The translations under genes were made by a program, and so were the position numbers. A stretch of 64,000 bases of DNA, taken from the NCBI RefSeq assembly GCF_036321535.1, contig NC_087437.1:90460001-90524000 (forward strand). The letters run 5' to 3'. Positions 1 to 12,482 of this stretch are shown one piece after another. Source of the stretch: Camelus dromedarius (Eukaryota). Every line of letters begins with the position of its first letter. The stretch's first letter is position 1. The notes beneath the pieces are model-generated. The model ran no database searches. It was not told the DNA's origin and saw only the letters and a program-made list of their open reading frames with translations.

Positions 1-805
1 GCTAACAAGCCCAATTTGTCAGGTTAGAGTAATGTATCTTACTAAGTGAGCTATCTTTTGTTTAATAGGGGCAGTATTTTCTAACATTTCCCCATGGAAA
101 AAAGAACAAATGACCCTAGTGAGTAAAGAATATGATTTCTCTGAACTTAAACTAAACCATGCTTAAATAAAGTATGTCTCCAAACTTTCCATGATTTTGA
201 CATTTGAATCAGTAAGTTTCTTGACTGTAACTACTTCTACATGGCCTCGGTTAACCTGCTAAGAACCTCAAGAACACAGTCAAAAGTTATATTCCAATTA
301 ACATAAACCAAAAATAATTTAACTGACTCAACTGAAACATGAAAGAAGCTTGTTTCACTTGGATAAAAATTACCTCATGGTTTTACAGATCACTGAATTT
401 CTGTACTTTGAAAAGATGAACTGAATAAGGAATGTTAAGTAGTGTAATTATTTTTTTCAGTCTCAATTGACAAAGACCAAGTTAGTTTTAATTAGCTATA
501 GAAATACCTGGCTTAAATACTGTTTTTTTCAACTCTGAATGACATTCGTCTAGATTTATATTTAATGAAACAAGTAAGAAAAAGAAAACTTCAACTAAAA
601 CATATTCATACCTTACCCACTTACTGGATTTCATGTTTCCATGAATATTCACATGATTTTCAATAAACCTATTGTATGTTACATATTAACCAAATTTTCC
701 TTCTGAATCAAATAAATATACATGTACACTCAAACGCAGAAATTACTTCCTTTACTTAGTTGTTTCAGTTTTTAGTGTTTTGGGTCTTTTTTAAATAATG
801 GTTTA

Positions 806-907
806 GGGGGAAGATAATAGCTCAGTGGTAGTGAATGCTTAGCATGCACAAGGTCCTAGGTTCAATTCTCAGTACCTCCATTAAAAATAATAAATACAAA
901 ATAAAAA
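806..907 (+). mobile_element. Camelid tRNA-derived SINE (Vic-1-like), short-tail form
   Basis: GGGGGAAGATAATAGCTCAGTGGTAG...GCTTAGCATGCACAAGGTCCTAGGTTCAATTCTCAGTACCTCCA (A and B boxes) followed by an A-rich tail. Perfect TSD AAATAATGGTTTAG at 793-806 and 908-921. Confidence 0.9.
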
Positions 908-1210
908 AAATAATGGTTTAGTTAGTTAAAGTTTTTCCATTAGTAACTCTAAATATTAGTAAACAGTTAAAAAGAAAAACACTATAATACTGTATAATAG
1001 CATCCCTTATTTAACCAACTACAAATCTATATTAATATCTCATAATTGGCTTTATAATTTGGCTTATATAACTTGTTATGTAGATAAGGATATAACATCA
1101 ATTTATTTTGATCACACAGTGAAGTGGAATAGTTACATATAAGCTGAGATCACCCTATGCATAATCAGAAGTTTTAATAATTTACTAATGGTCATTACAT
1201 AGGAAATAGA

Positions 1211-1455
1211 GGATTATGATTAAGTGCACAGTCTTGGGAATCAGACAGACCTGGATTTTGAATCCTAACTTCCACATTAAAAAGTTACCTCACCCTGAGC
1301 AACTGGCTTAAATTCTCCATGATTCCCTTTCCTGTCTGCAAATCGGAAAAGGAATATGAGCCACTTCAAAGAATCTACCTGAAGATGAAATGAGAGGAAG
1401 CACAGGACAGTGCTGGACTCCTAGGGTTCACCATTAAGTGACAGTTATTGTTATT
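1211..1455 (+). mobile_element. MIR SINE (ancient, degenerate)
   Basis: GGAATCAGACAGACCTGGATTTTGAATCCTAACT...CTGTCTGCAAATCGG...GAAGATGAAATGAGA...GTTATTGTTATT follows the MIR consensus layout. Boundaries are approximate. Confidence 0.75.
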
Positions 1456-2949
1456 TGTATTTTTCCTTTGATGACATATAATTTGTGAGATATTTGTGCT
1501 TCTCATATCTTTAGACAAAAAAAGGATTTACTCATGTGTCACTAGAGCACTCCCGTTCTGTATTTTTGAATCACTTAAGTTTAAAAGTGTCACAGCTGTG
1601 AAAATGAATATGTATTTGGTACCTTCATATTTAAGCCACACAAAATATGAGAAAGACAAATTAATGTACTTCTTATTTGGAAGTGATACAAAAAACTTCT
1701 AGAACTATTAACTACCTGTGTATTATATGACTAGAGGAGCAAATCCCAAATTCTTGGTAATATGAATAAAAAATGATTTGTTCTGGATAGTGAAGATACT
1801 CTTAAGCTCATAGAAAATAGGTATAATGGTATAATGAAACAAAGAGACCACAGCTATTTCAAGCATCTCATTTTAAAACACAGAGCACTAAATTAAGAAC
1901 AAAGGCAATGATAAAAATAGGTAACTAAATGGCACAGAATATTCATATGTGTACTTTATTTAGGAGAGATTGTCACTTATTCTATGCTAAAACATTAAGT
2001 TACACAACTTTTATCCTTCACGTTTAAAGCTATGATATTTATTGTCTAAATAGCAAGATATACTTTATATTCCTGGTTTGAATAAAATTGTGGTTTGAAT
2101 TTAAAAAAAAAAATTCAATTCAAGTAAAGGGAAAGAGGCGGAGACCTTTTTCCTCCAGACTCAGTGAAACAAGGAATCCAATCTATACAACTAGTAATAA
2201 GCCTACTGGGAAAACTGACAGGGCAGGCAGGGAAAAACAACAAAAACGTGAAATTGGTGCAGTCGACACAACCTTGTTTCAGGAAGAAAGGAAAGAGAAA
2301 AATTGCCTGAGAAATCGCAAATAAAAGGCATTTTTGATAAGACAGAAGACATATTAAAAGGAAAAAAATATCCTACAACTCAATCCTACTGAGGTAATAA
2401 GTAAAAATGGTACAGAGGATTTCTTAGCTGAAGCAAGATACTAAAAAAGAAAAAAAAAAAGAAGAAAGAGAGAAAAAAAATATCCACAAAAAATAAACAA
2501 ATAAAAAAAGCCAATAGCAACAAGAAACTAAGTAAAATTTTTGCCATGTCCCTCTAGAATCTGATATGAATCCATTTTAAAATCAAACAGTTCTGCAATT
2601 TTCATCCATGTTAATGGCACTTAACTCAAAATTCTTTTCTAGTAGAAATACTCACTTTGCTTATGCTATGAATTAATATGAAAGCATTTCAGCAATTCAA
2701 TGGCCTTTGCTATCTCATATAGAGTAAAACACTTATTTTTAAAATAGGAAATTTAAATCATAGCAGCTAAGATGATTCCTCTAATAGATGTTCGAAAAAA
2801 AGTGAGTGTCAAATAGGTTCTATACAAGGTAATAAAATAAGAAAAGCGTCTAGCATAAAATTCAGGAGTCTTAATGAATGCACTGTATTTAGGATTAAGA
2901 TAAAACTAGATGGTGTGAACTCTTGTATGTGTACTTCTTTTTCTCTATG

Positions 2950-3130
2950 GATATTTATTGAGTCTCTACTACAGGATGTAGACACAGTGAATATATATTG
3001 ATGAATAAGTCATGGCCTCTGCCTTAACAGAATTCAAAGAACAATGAGACAAAAGCACATTGGAATAATTCCAATGCTGTGGGGCAACAGTTATAGTAGG
3101 GGTACACACAACATGCAATGGTAGAACCAA
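2950..3130 (-). mobile_element. L2 LINE 3' fragment
   Basis: ATATTTATTGAGTCTCTACTA...GATGAATAAGTCATGGCCTCTGCCTT resembles the reverse complement of the L2 3' end. Boundaries are approximate. Confidence 0.55.
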
Positions 3131-4002
3131 GAAGCAGGGTGATTTGGAGGCTCATCCAGTGGAAAAGGAAGGGAAAAGTATTTTAGGTTAAGGATCTAGT
3201 AAGGATGTTGTGAAGGCAATTATCAGAAAAGTTTGAGAATTAAATAAATGACAATTGAAACATTTCTTTTGGGGAGCAGAAATCTACCTTTGTTCTTGAA
3301 TAAAGACTACTAGGAAAATAAGAAAGACCCAAGGAGGACCATTTCTGTGTTGCTGCTCCAAAAATAAAGATGTTTCTGTATTTAGTCTCTGAAGTTACAA
3401 GCTTCAAGTGTATACAAGCATCAATTACAAACTCAATAATCAGGGTAAAATATATGACAAAGACCAGAGATGCTTAGAACATCTGCAGATGGGGATTTTG
3501 GGAAGCCTGGTGTTCTCAAGGGAATTCCTATAAACAAATTTAGAAGACAGACAGTGTTACTCTGGCAGTGTTCCAGATGATCTCATGTCAAGCTGTTCTT
3601 TCTTCTTTTTGTCCAATACCATCGATAAGCCCTGGGTTCTTAAGCCGTTTTGTTCCTATGTCATTTCATTCCCTTTCTTAGTAGCTCAGTGACATTGACA
3701 GAAATGTACAGTGTTATTAGAGGAAAGGTATGAGTGATAAAACGCTTCAGCCCCTGGATGGGGAGACACAGTGGAAGAAACAGGCATGTTATACTTTAAT
3801 GGGACAACCTAATTCCATTAGGAATTCCCAGACTGAATTGTGTGAGATCATAATAGGTCTTCCCAAACTTAACACAAATAGATGCTAGCAATATATTCCT
3901 CTAAAGAGTATTTTTAAATATGAGAAGGAAAAAAAATTCTGGGCATATTTCCATAGCTAGGCTTATTCCATAATGTTTATCTTTTTCAGAAATGATGTCA
4001 TT

Positions 4003-4348
4003 CTTTTTTTTTTTATTGAAGTATAGTCAGTTTAGAATGTTGTGTCAATTTCTGGTGTGCAGTATAATGACTCAGTTATACATATACACACATATATTCC
4101 TCTTCAATTTCTTTTTCATTATAGGTTACGACAAGATATTGAGTATAGTTCCCTGGGCTATACAGTAGAAACCTGTTGTTTATCTATTTTATATATGGTA
4201 GTTAGTATCTGCAATCTTGAATTTCTAATTTATCCCTTCTCGCCCCCTTTTCCCCAGTAACCATAAGTTTGCTTTTTATGTCTGTGAGTCTGTTTCTGTT
4301 TTGTAAATAAGTTCATTTGTGTTTTGGTGCCATTCTTGATAGATTCCA
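4003..4348 (-). mobile_element. L1 3' UTR fragment (camelid/laurasiatherian type), 5'-truncated
   Basis: Poly-T, then TTGAAGTATAGTCAGTTTAGAATGTTGTGTCAATTTCTGGTGTGCAG...CCCTGGGCTATACAGTAG...CAGTAACCATAAGTTTG...TAGATTCCA. The minus-strand ORF includes TQMNLFTKQKQTHRH, typical of translated L1 3' UTR. Confidence 0.9.
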
Positions 4349-5615
4349 AGATGTAACGTGTAAAGTCACCTGCCTGATGCACCAACTTGTAATTTTCGTT
4401 CATTGATGTATCAGAAGCATTTACAAATTTACTGGGGAACACATGCTGAAAATGAAAAGCAGGACCCTGTGCTTTTAAAACTGTAATAAAAACAGAAAAA
4501 AAATTTGAACTATTTCACTGTAAAGATGACATAAGCAGCTTTGTTTCTAAAGAAAAAAAAAAATATATATATAACATGACTCCCTGAATGATATGATAAG
4601 CACCCAAAATGTCAGTTCTAGTTTTCTCCTCTGCTACAAAATAACTATGAAAAAATGGCATTTTACATTATGTTTCAAAAATAATAAAATTCATAGAAAT
4701 ATGTTTCTATATATTGTTATACATATAATACTATAGATAATATATGTATGTAATATATACACATAAATATATATTTGTGTATAATGTGTATAAATATACA
4801 CACATATACGATACTTTATCTGATTTCTCAACTTCATAGCTAATATTAAACTGATATGTGATAAAGACAGAGAAAGATGTTCTCATTCTAAAGGTGATAC
4901 TTTTTAAGCTGAGTACTATAACCAAAATGTAAAATGAAAGATGCTTCTCTTTTTCTTCATTATTTGTACTCTTTACTCTTAATCAGATAACATTATTTAT
5001 GTTTCTATTTCATTCACTTGTAAAGGATAAATCATGAATAAAATGAAACTGTTCATTACAGTTATGGATATATGCACATCACTATTTTTACCTCAAATCT
5101 GATTGATGTGATCATTCTACCTCATGACTTATTGCTGATAGCTAGATACCTATTATAATTTTTAAATTGTTTCCATGATCAGTGAGAGTATGGAAAACTC
5201 TGATCTAAGCAGCCAAAGCATTTATTACCTAATCCTATAGAAAATGGCAGCAAAAAAATACTTAACTCTATTAAAGGGCTATACCGGGTGTTACCTCTTC
5301 GGATATTTTAAACAGGAATTCAAAATGTTTCTCACTGAAACCACCGGACAACATAAAGAGGGTCCAATTGTTATGACAATCTTTATATTTAAAAACTTCA
5401 ATTACTTAATTTAGGATCAGTCCTAGACACAATAGTTTTTACTTGATATTAAAACCTATTCCAATCCATTTTTAAGAGAAGAAAAAATTAACTGTCCCAG
5501 AAAGTAATTTGTACTTCAAAGCTCAAAGGTTGATCAATCACGGTATCTCTGTTTGGAAGATGACTACATCTGTACACATTGAAAATGGTATGGTTAGGAG
5601 TCCACATCATTTCAA

Positions 5616-5616
<1 letters not shown>

Positions 5617-5698
<82 letters not shown>
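5617..5698. repeat. (TG)41 perfect microsatellite
   Basis: 82 bp of uninterrupted TG, read directly. Confidence 0.98.
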
Positions 5699-5699
<1 letters not shown>

Positions 5700-5784
5700 T
5701 CATCTAAGATCAGTGACCTGAAGGAAAGAACTTGACATTTGCAGCTGTTTTAGAATCTTGTCTACCTTTTAGGAGAGTGTGATT

Positions 5785-5945
5785 TTGGACTGGTCAGTTA
5801 ACCTTTCTGAACCTCAAGTTCCATCACTTTAAATGGAGTATTTTATATACTTTACTGGGCTATTCTCTTGGTGATTATATATAATTTACTTGGCACCCTG
5901 TAGGCTCTCTCAATTAATGACGATTAATAGTGGCTTCTGTTATTG
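5785..5945 (+). mobile_element. MIR fragment
   Basis: TTAACCTTTCTGAACCTCAAGTTCCATCACTTTAAATGGAG core, followed by CTTGGCACCCTGTAGGCTCTCTCAAT. Confidence 0.55.
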
Positions 5946-6098
5946 CTTATTCCCTGGGCTAATTTCAGGTTTAAACTGTAATTCCTGGATAATATTTTGG
6001 AGCTCTTGTTGCTATTCTCATTTCTCTACTATGAAATTTAATTATGTATATAAATAAAGCATTTCATTCAAGCCTGTGGCACCCATGGTTGACAGGGC

Positions 6099-6210
6099 TA
6101 GAGTAGCCAACTGTCCTGGTTTGCTCAGGACTGAGGAGGTTCCCAAGATGCAGAACTTTCAATGCTCAAACTAGGAAAGTTTCAGTAAACTAGAATGGTT
6201 AGTCATTCTA
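6099..6210. mobile_element. MER81-like non-autonomous hAT-Blackjack DNA transposon
   Basis: TAGAGTAGCCAACTGTCCTGGTTTGCTCAGGACTGAGGAGGTTCCC...AAACTAGAATGGTTAGTCATTCTA. About 112 bp with degenerate terminal inverted repeats, matching recalled MER81. Confidence 0.8.
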
Positions 6211-6590
6211 TAGTGATCACCTAAGTTTTGACCTCCTTGTTCTTAACTATATTTTAGCCAGAAAATTTCCTATCACTCTGATATTTAAGTTGGTTCATGT
6301 GACTAGCTCTGGCTAGTGGAATAAGGGTGCACTGCTGAGCCAGGAAGTTGAGTATCCAGTGGACCTCCCCAGAGCTCTTCTCTTTTTATCTGCTGATGGA
6401 TGGCAAAAGGCATGCTAGTCTTAAAGCCACAGGATCACTGAAACCTACGAGGTGGAGATAGCCTGGGGTCCTGAATCACTGCTTGGAGGTTTTTCCAAAC
6501 CACATCAAACTGTGAAATGAGAGAAATAAACTTCATTGTGTTAAATCACTGAGGTTTTGGAGTTATTACATTAGTTAGTGTGCCTAATTA
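6211..6590 (+). mobile_element. MaLR LTR (old MLT1H/I/J-like)
   Basis: GGTTCATGTGACTAGCTCTGGCTAGTGGAAT...GCCTGGGGTCCTGAATCACTGCTTGGAG...TGAGAGAAATAAACTTCATTGTGTTAAATCACTGAG. The 5' end may extend to ~6075, left of the MER81. Confidence 0.75.
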
Positions 6591-7879
6591 AAAGACAGAA
6601 CCTATTTTTAAGTAATATTGAAAGTGAAGGTAATTTGTCAATTGTTCTTCTGCGCACACACATGGCAGCTATAGAAGGGCCAGTCTTCAAGAACAACACG
6701 CTGTTCTAAGAAAAGTCCCCCTAGCAACTTCGAATTATCCACGGACTGATTTACTGCTTTCACTAACCTAAACAGGCAAGTAGCACCATTTCCTTCATTT
6801 CAGAGGATAAAAAAGGACTTAGAATGGTCACTTCTTCTCCCCTAATTTGCACAAAGATAAAGACCAATCCTAAGAATAAAACTCATGACTTCTGATACCA
6901 AACTCCATACTTTTTGATTAAGCTGTTTTTTTACATATCCTATAATTACACATACACACACATACACACATACTGCAAAGCGATAATTATAGTGAGAACA
7001 TGTCCATGTTCTTTTCAAATGAAGACACCTACAGCTATCTGCCCAGAATGTTGTCAGGAGTTGCAAAATCTGATTGAGATTCTGACAAGTTTGTTCTGAA
7101 ATACAGTCATTCTGATAACACGTATTCACCACACATTATGCAGCACTGTTAAGCAGTATTTTTTTTTAAGTTTTCTGATTCCCTTTCCTAAGTCATATTT
7201 ATTCCAGTCTAATAATGCTCTTCTCTCTGTCTTTCAATGACTTTTAACCTGAATTTTCATAACAAAATGAAACCCTCAGGTTACATAAATGAATACTATT
7301 TTCCTCCATGTCATGGAAACAAGCCTGAAACTTAAACACAATAGTACTGTGTTTAAGATTAAGAGTTTATTTTGCAGAGAACCTTATTACATACCTAACT
7401 TCTAAAAAAAAAATTAGCTGTAGAGTCAATAATAATAGATTTTAAAATCAAGACAAGGTGACAAAAGCTATACAAAAACTTGATTGGCAGGATTTTGTTG
7501 AAATCAAGTGAGAAATACAGGACATCAACTCTATTGTTTAAAAGTTAATATTTAGCAAAATTACTTCAGGATAGGAATTATTTTTCCCTATGGCTGAAAT
7601 AAGAATTCAACTGGGGAAACACTTATTTTCACATGAAGATAAAAATGAGAAAGGAAGAACATTACAGTATATTGTTGGATCAGATCATCGGTTGAGCCTT
7701 ATGCCAAAGTATCTAGAGTTGCGAATATTTTCAGAAATTCGACTCTTCCTCTAATACTCAATCTGTTTGCAACTTCCAAATAAATACAAACTAATTTCAA
7801 CTTTAATATCTCCTTATACTATCATATTCTCTCTTCTTTTCACCTTTATTTCTTGAAAAAATGATGTATTTCTAGTAAG

Positions 7880-9255
7880 TCCATTTACTTACTAGTCACT
7901 CCTTCTTTAAATCCATACAATCTGTCTTCATTACTTCTTTCCAACTGCTTTCAAAAAATTAGATGTGTCCTTTCAAAAATTTTTATCCACCTTCTAAAAT
8001 TCTCTGTAGCATCTGAAATTGCTAACTACCTGCTCCGTCAAATGCTTTGAATCTTAGGTATGGCATAAAGGTGTTAGTTACTCCTCCAAATGCTCCATCT
8101 CACTCTTTGTTGGGTCTCATTTATTTCCACCATATAGATGACCCTTGAGGTTGCTCTTCACTCTCTAATGCCCTTTCACTCAAGTATTTTATCTACATCC
8201 ATTTCTATTTACCCTTACTTTATCTCTATCCAAACTGTGGTCTTTGGCTCTAGTTCCAAGTTTTTCTTGAAAGACGGATGGACAGGTGTTTACCTGAGAT
8301 TAAAATGTGCAAAGGAGGAGGCAATGAATCCTACATCTGTTGAGCTAAATTCAAACTCATAATTATATCCATCCCATAAACCATTTTCTCTCCTTATTTC
8401 CCTTTCTTCTGATTGTTCCAATTGCTTAAATTTGTTTAGAATATTTTTTACTTTTCTTTGCTTATTTTTTAAAAAAACATTTATTCATATAATTAGTGCT
8501 TCTCCATGTTTCTCATTCAGCTTCCTTCTTCCCATTCTCACTGTGAACATTCTAGAGGAGGCTGGCCTTGAACTGTCCTTATAGCGTAGGAATGAATCTG
8601 CTTCACTAAGTTACTTTACGTCCTTGTGGACTTCTCTCTTTGCCTAATGAATTTTCATCCATCTTTTCTTACAATAATTCATTCAGATATATGCTTCTAG
8701 ATTAATCTAAGCACCTATGTGCTCCTGTCTCTCTCTTGCTCAAAATGGATGTCCATTTCCACCCAAATTAAGAATTAACACCTCAATCTAGTGTTTAGAA
8801 TCCTTCTCAATATTCCTCAGAGATGCCTTTATAATCATATAACACCTGCTTATTAAGTTTCATCCAAGTAAGACAATCGTGTGTTCCCCAAATCAGCAAG
8901 ACGATTTTGCATCCTCCAAACATGTTCCCTAGTCCTGCTAGTTCTAAACTCTTCACCAAGGAAACTCCATCCTAGTTCACCCCTTAGGAAACCTCAACCA
9001 TTGTTTAAGACCTAGCTCAAAAAAATCCATAAAAGTTTTCTTTCTCTCCTTACCAAAGGCCATTTGATAACCCTTTTCCTTGAACCCACAAAGCACTCTC
9101 TTTGTGCTTCACTTATGATAATTATCTTAGCTCAAATAATGGAATCTCCTGTGAATTTGTTTTTCCCAAAGACAATTCAAGGTTTCTTGTGAGCAGTCAT
9201 TATAATAATCATCTTTGAATGATCTCAAATGCTTAGCATAATAAATATCTTACAC
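7880..9255 (+). mobile_element. Degenerate L2 LINE (3' part)
   Basis: C/T-rich tract with L2-like motifs (TCTCTGTAGCATCTGAAATTGCTAACTACC; AAATTCAAACTCATAATT; TTTAAGACCTAGCTCAAA; AAGGTTTCTTGTGAGCAG...GCTTAGCATAATA). Heavily decayed. Confidence 0.55.
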
Positions 9256-9828
9256 ATTTTACAAACAGTACTTCCTAAAAAAAGGTTCATCTGCATGGAA
9301 GAGCATCCAATGTAAGGTATTGTTTTAGAAACAATGAAATACCAAAGAGTCTAAATGTATATGCTTGGGAGTATATATGGAGCTGTTTGGGATGCAGTAA
9401 AATGTGAATAAACTTAGATAATCATGAAGCAAATTCATTCTAAGTAAGTATCATATGATGATTAACAAGTTTTTATCTAGTGAAAAAATATGGAAGTAAA
9501 ATTTCAGTAAATTATAGCTGCTAACTTATTTTTCAAAAGTGCCACATTTTCCCAATGAACAGTTCAACCATAGAAAATAACTTCTAGATATATTTTTCTG
9601 GTTTAGGTAAAATAATATAAAACTATATAAAAATTTCTATTTCTATATATTTACATATGTGTGTATGTATATATATGATATAACAAAAATGGAATGTCCT
9701 ATCAAAATATAAGAATGTTGGCAGTTTGAACTTTTAAAAACAATTATATTATCAAACTGCAACTCTTTCTCTTACGTCAGAAGATGATTTTGTGTTTCTA
9801 GGAAGTAACTTTAAAAAGAAATAGAACA

Positions 9829-10187
9829 TGCTAGATAGGCCCCAAAATGACTCCCAGGGCCTCCTACCTTCTGGTATTCATGCCTTTATGTAGTCTCTTT
9901 CCAATTTGTACTAGAGTTATTCAGTGTCACCAAAAGCATATAGCAGAGGTGATGTATGTCATTTCCTAAATCAAGTTATAAAAGACAAGGACTTCCATCT
10001 CAAACACTCAGATCTTCTCTCAGTCTCTCTCACCCTGGCTCTGGGGGAAGCAAGCTGCTATATTGTAAGCAGTCCTGGGACAAATCTTCATGGCTAGGAA
10101 TTGAAGCTCCTAGCCGAAAGACAACTGAGGAACTGAGGCCCACGACAAACTGAAGGCTGCTACCAACCACGTGAATAAGCTTGGAAG
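9829..10187 (+). mobile_element. MLT1F-like MaLR LTR, 5' part
   Basis: CCTACCTTCTGGTATTCATGCCTTTATGT...GCTCTGGGGGAAGCAAGCTGCTATATTGT...GAGGAACTGAGGCC...CCAACCACGTGAATAAGCTTGGAAG. Confidence 0.85.
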
Positions 10188-10840
10188 TGTTAGAGCAGGC
10201 ATATAGCCAGATATGAACAGAGAAAGGGGGACACAGCCAAATGGCAGGAATTACACAGAAAGGAGGGACACAGGCCAAGTACAGGAAACCCTACATCATA
10301 TACGCACCAGGAGTCCCTGGGCAACAAAGAAAAGCAGGAATCCCTGGGCTGATAAGTGGTCACAGCTTTTGAGATGATGAGCAGCCTGGAGGCCAACAAA
10401 GAAAGGTGGGGAAAAGGCAGAAATTGCCAGTGTCTGAATGTAACCTCTTACTCATTATGCCTTCATTTCAATAAAATTAGGCTTAAAGATTAGAAGTGCC
10501 CATCATGCAACGATGCTATGACACTTTTGATCCAAACCAAACATGGACAAAAATCCCTCCTCCCCTCAGGAAGGTGGAGTTGGGATGAAAATCAGGGAAT
10601 ATGACCCAGGACCCTTCCGCTACCAATGAATATTCCACCCATTCATCTTTACACTCTAGGTAACCAACTTGACAAAAAAGCTCATGGGCAGCTGCTCACT
10701 TCAGCCTGCCCACTCTCCCCTTGGGAGTTTACTATCTTACACCTAATAAATCCCCACTTTACCTTCTTAACCTCTGCATCTTGTCTCTGAATTCTGGGAT
10801 GGGACAAGAATCTGGACACTGGCTACATCTACCAGCAACA
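10188..10840 (+). mobile_element. ERV1-class solo LTR (MER50/MER41-like start) nested in MLT1F
   Basis: TGTT...AACA termini. Begins TGTTAGAGCAGGCATATAGCCAGATATGA. AATAAA at 10745-10750. 4-bp flanks GAAG/CAAG. Confidence 0.85.
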
Positions 10841-11025
10841 CAAGCACCACCTGAGCCTGAGATACTGTAGCCTCTGCAACCTTGTGAGAAACCCTGAGCC
10901 AAAACCAGCCAGTAAACCTGCACCCAGACCTCCAACCCTCCCAAGCTCTGTGAGAAAATAAATAGGTGTCCTGTAAGCTGCTACATTGAGGGATATTTTG
11001 TTACGTAGCAATAGGTAACTACACA
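10841..11025 (+). mobile_element. MLT1F-like MaLR LTR, 3' part
   Basis: CTTGTGAGAAACCCTGAGCC...TGTGAGAAAATAAATAGGTG...TTGTTACGTAGCAATAGGTAACTACACA, the canonical MLT1 3' end. Confidence 0.85.
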
Positions 11026-11539
11026 TATACAGATAGGGAGAAACTTTGCCACTAAGCCTATATAATAAAATTAATAATGTGTACCTTAAAAAGGATTTTG
11101 TTGACTACAATTTTTTATTAACTAAATCAATAAAATTTCCTGAAAATAAACATTTTTATTTTAAGAATTTAGATTATATTTAATTAAAGTCATTACAACC
11201 CCTTAGTTCGAAAGATTTGATTTCTCAGGACTTCTAAAACCATAACAACTGTGGGTTATTTTTCTTTTCCTTTAAAATAAAATGTTTAAGGATTTGGTTC
11301 TGTTTACTCTAGTATTTCTCAAAATAAGGATCCTAGGTAAGTTTCAAGGTGTAGGTGAAGATCAGAAATATAGAATTTTCAACTGCTGTTTGGACATAGC
11401 AAGAAAAAGCAATAGGTCATATGAAAAAGATAAAGTACATTTTTCTTCCTAGATCCCTTCCTTGTGTTTCGTTGAACCAGTTTTTAGATTTGCTACATAC
11501 AGGCCAAAGACAGAAGTAGTTTTTCTTCTCCATGATTCT

Positions 11540-11602
11540 TTTCTTTTAATTTTTTTTTCACGATTTTTTTTAATTGAAGTACAGTCAGTAATCATGTGTC
11601 AA
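11540..11602 (-). mobile_element. Extremely 5'-truncated L1 insertion (tail plus ~30 bp)
   Basis: T-rich tail, then AATTGAAGTACAGTCAGT...TGTGTCAA (same L1 end as at 4016-4050). Flanked by identical 18-bp repeats TTTCTTCTCCATGATTCT at 11522-11539 and 11603-11620. Confidence 0.85.
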
Positions 11603-12357
11603 TTTCTTCTCCATGATTCTATGAATCTTATTTTTTAAATTTCTAGTTACAGGAATCCTCAGAGTAAGTCAGATCATAGAGTGAAAAAAATTTGTTAATA
11701 ATTTTTATATATAAATTAATATTATGATATATCCATCACTATGCCAAGATTTTATCTTAAAAATATTACTTAGAAAATTAAAAGGCACTTTTAATTTTAA
11801 TACTGACTCTTTTTTGGATATCTACAAAATTGTATATTCTTGCTAGTAAAGAACCAATAAAAAATACAAAAAATAAGACTATATATCAAATAAGTGAATC
11901 TTGGTACTTTTTGTGTCCTGCAGCAATGCATATAATTGGCTCCATCAATCTAAATAATACTATGATACTGGGATTTTATTAATAAGGTCAATATTAGATG
12001 ATTCATAATTTATATAATGTAGAAATAAATTTTAATTGAATTCATTATATATAATATTATTTCATTTTTATAAAATGGAATATCTTTGCTGGAAGAAAGT
12101 AAGGCTTTTAAAATTTTTTTCATACTTTATGTAAATGCATAAAATGTTTAAACAGTTGTATATTTTCTTAGTACTGACAGTGAAAAGAAAATGACTTCTT
12201 TAAATATAATAGAATGTTCCAGGTTATGACCTAATTTACTTTAAAAAATTAAACAGGGATCTCTTGCATGTTATAAATAAAGAATATATTATACATATAC
12301 TTAATATACATATATTTAAACTTCATATGTTATTTTGTATTGTAAGAAATGAAAGCC

Positions 12358-12482
12358 TTTTTTTCAGAGGGGGGTAGTAATTAGGTTATTTATTTATTTT
12401 TTCAATGGAGGTACTGGGGACTGAACCCAGGACCTTACATGTGCAAAGCATGTGCTTTACCACTGAGCTACACCTTCCCCCT
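12358..12482 (-). mobile_element. Camelid Vic-1-like SINE, long-tail form
   Basis: GGGGGGTAGTAATTAGGTTATTTATTT...TGGAGGTACTGGGGACTGAACCCAGGACC...CACTGAGCTACACCTTCCCCC. TSD AAATGAAAG(C/T)CTT at 12347-12359 and 12484-12496. Confidence 0.9.

Noticed and set aside
806..880. tRNA-like sequences here and at 12405-12482 and 21288-21363
   Set aside because: They are SINE heads with A-rich tails and TSDs, and the cloverleaf is degenerate. They are not tRNA genes.
2444..2510. A-rich tract as a possible retrocopy tail for 2130-2440
   Set aside because: There is no TSD and no recognisable parent mRNA or ORF upstream. Treated as low complexity.
5488..5721. ORFs with THTH/CVCV repeats (also 62864-63288) and EGRK/PSFL repeats (42312-42611)
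   Set aside because: They are stop-free read-throughs of microsatellites.
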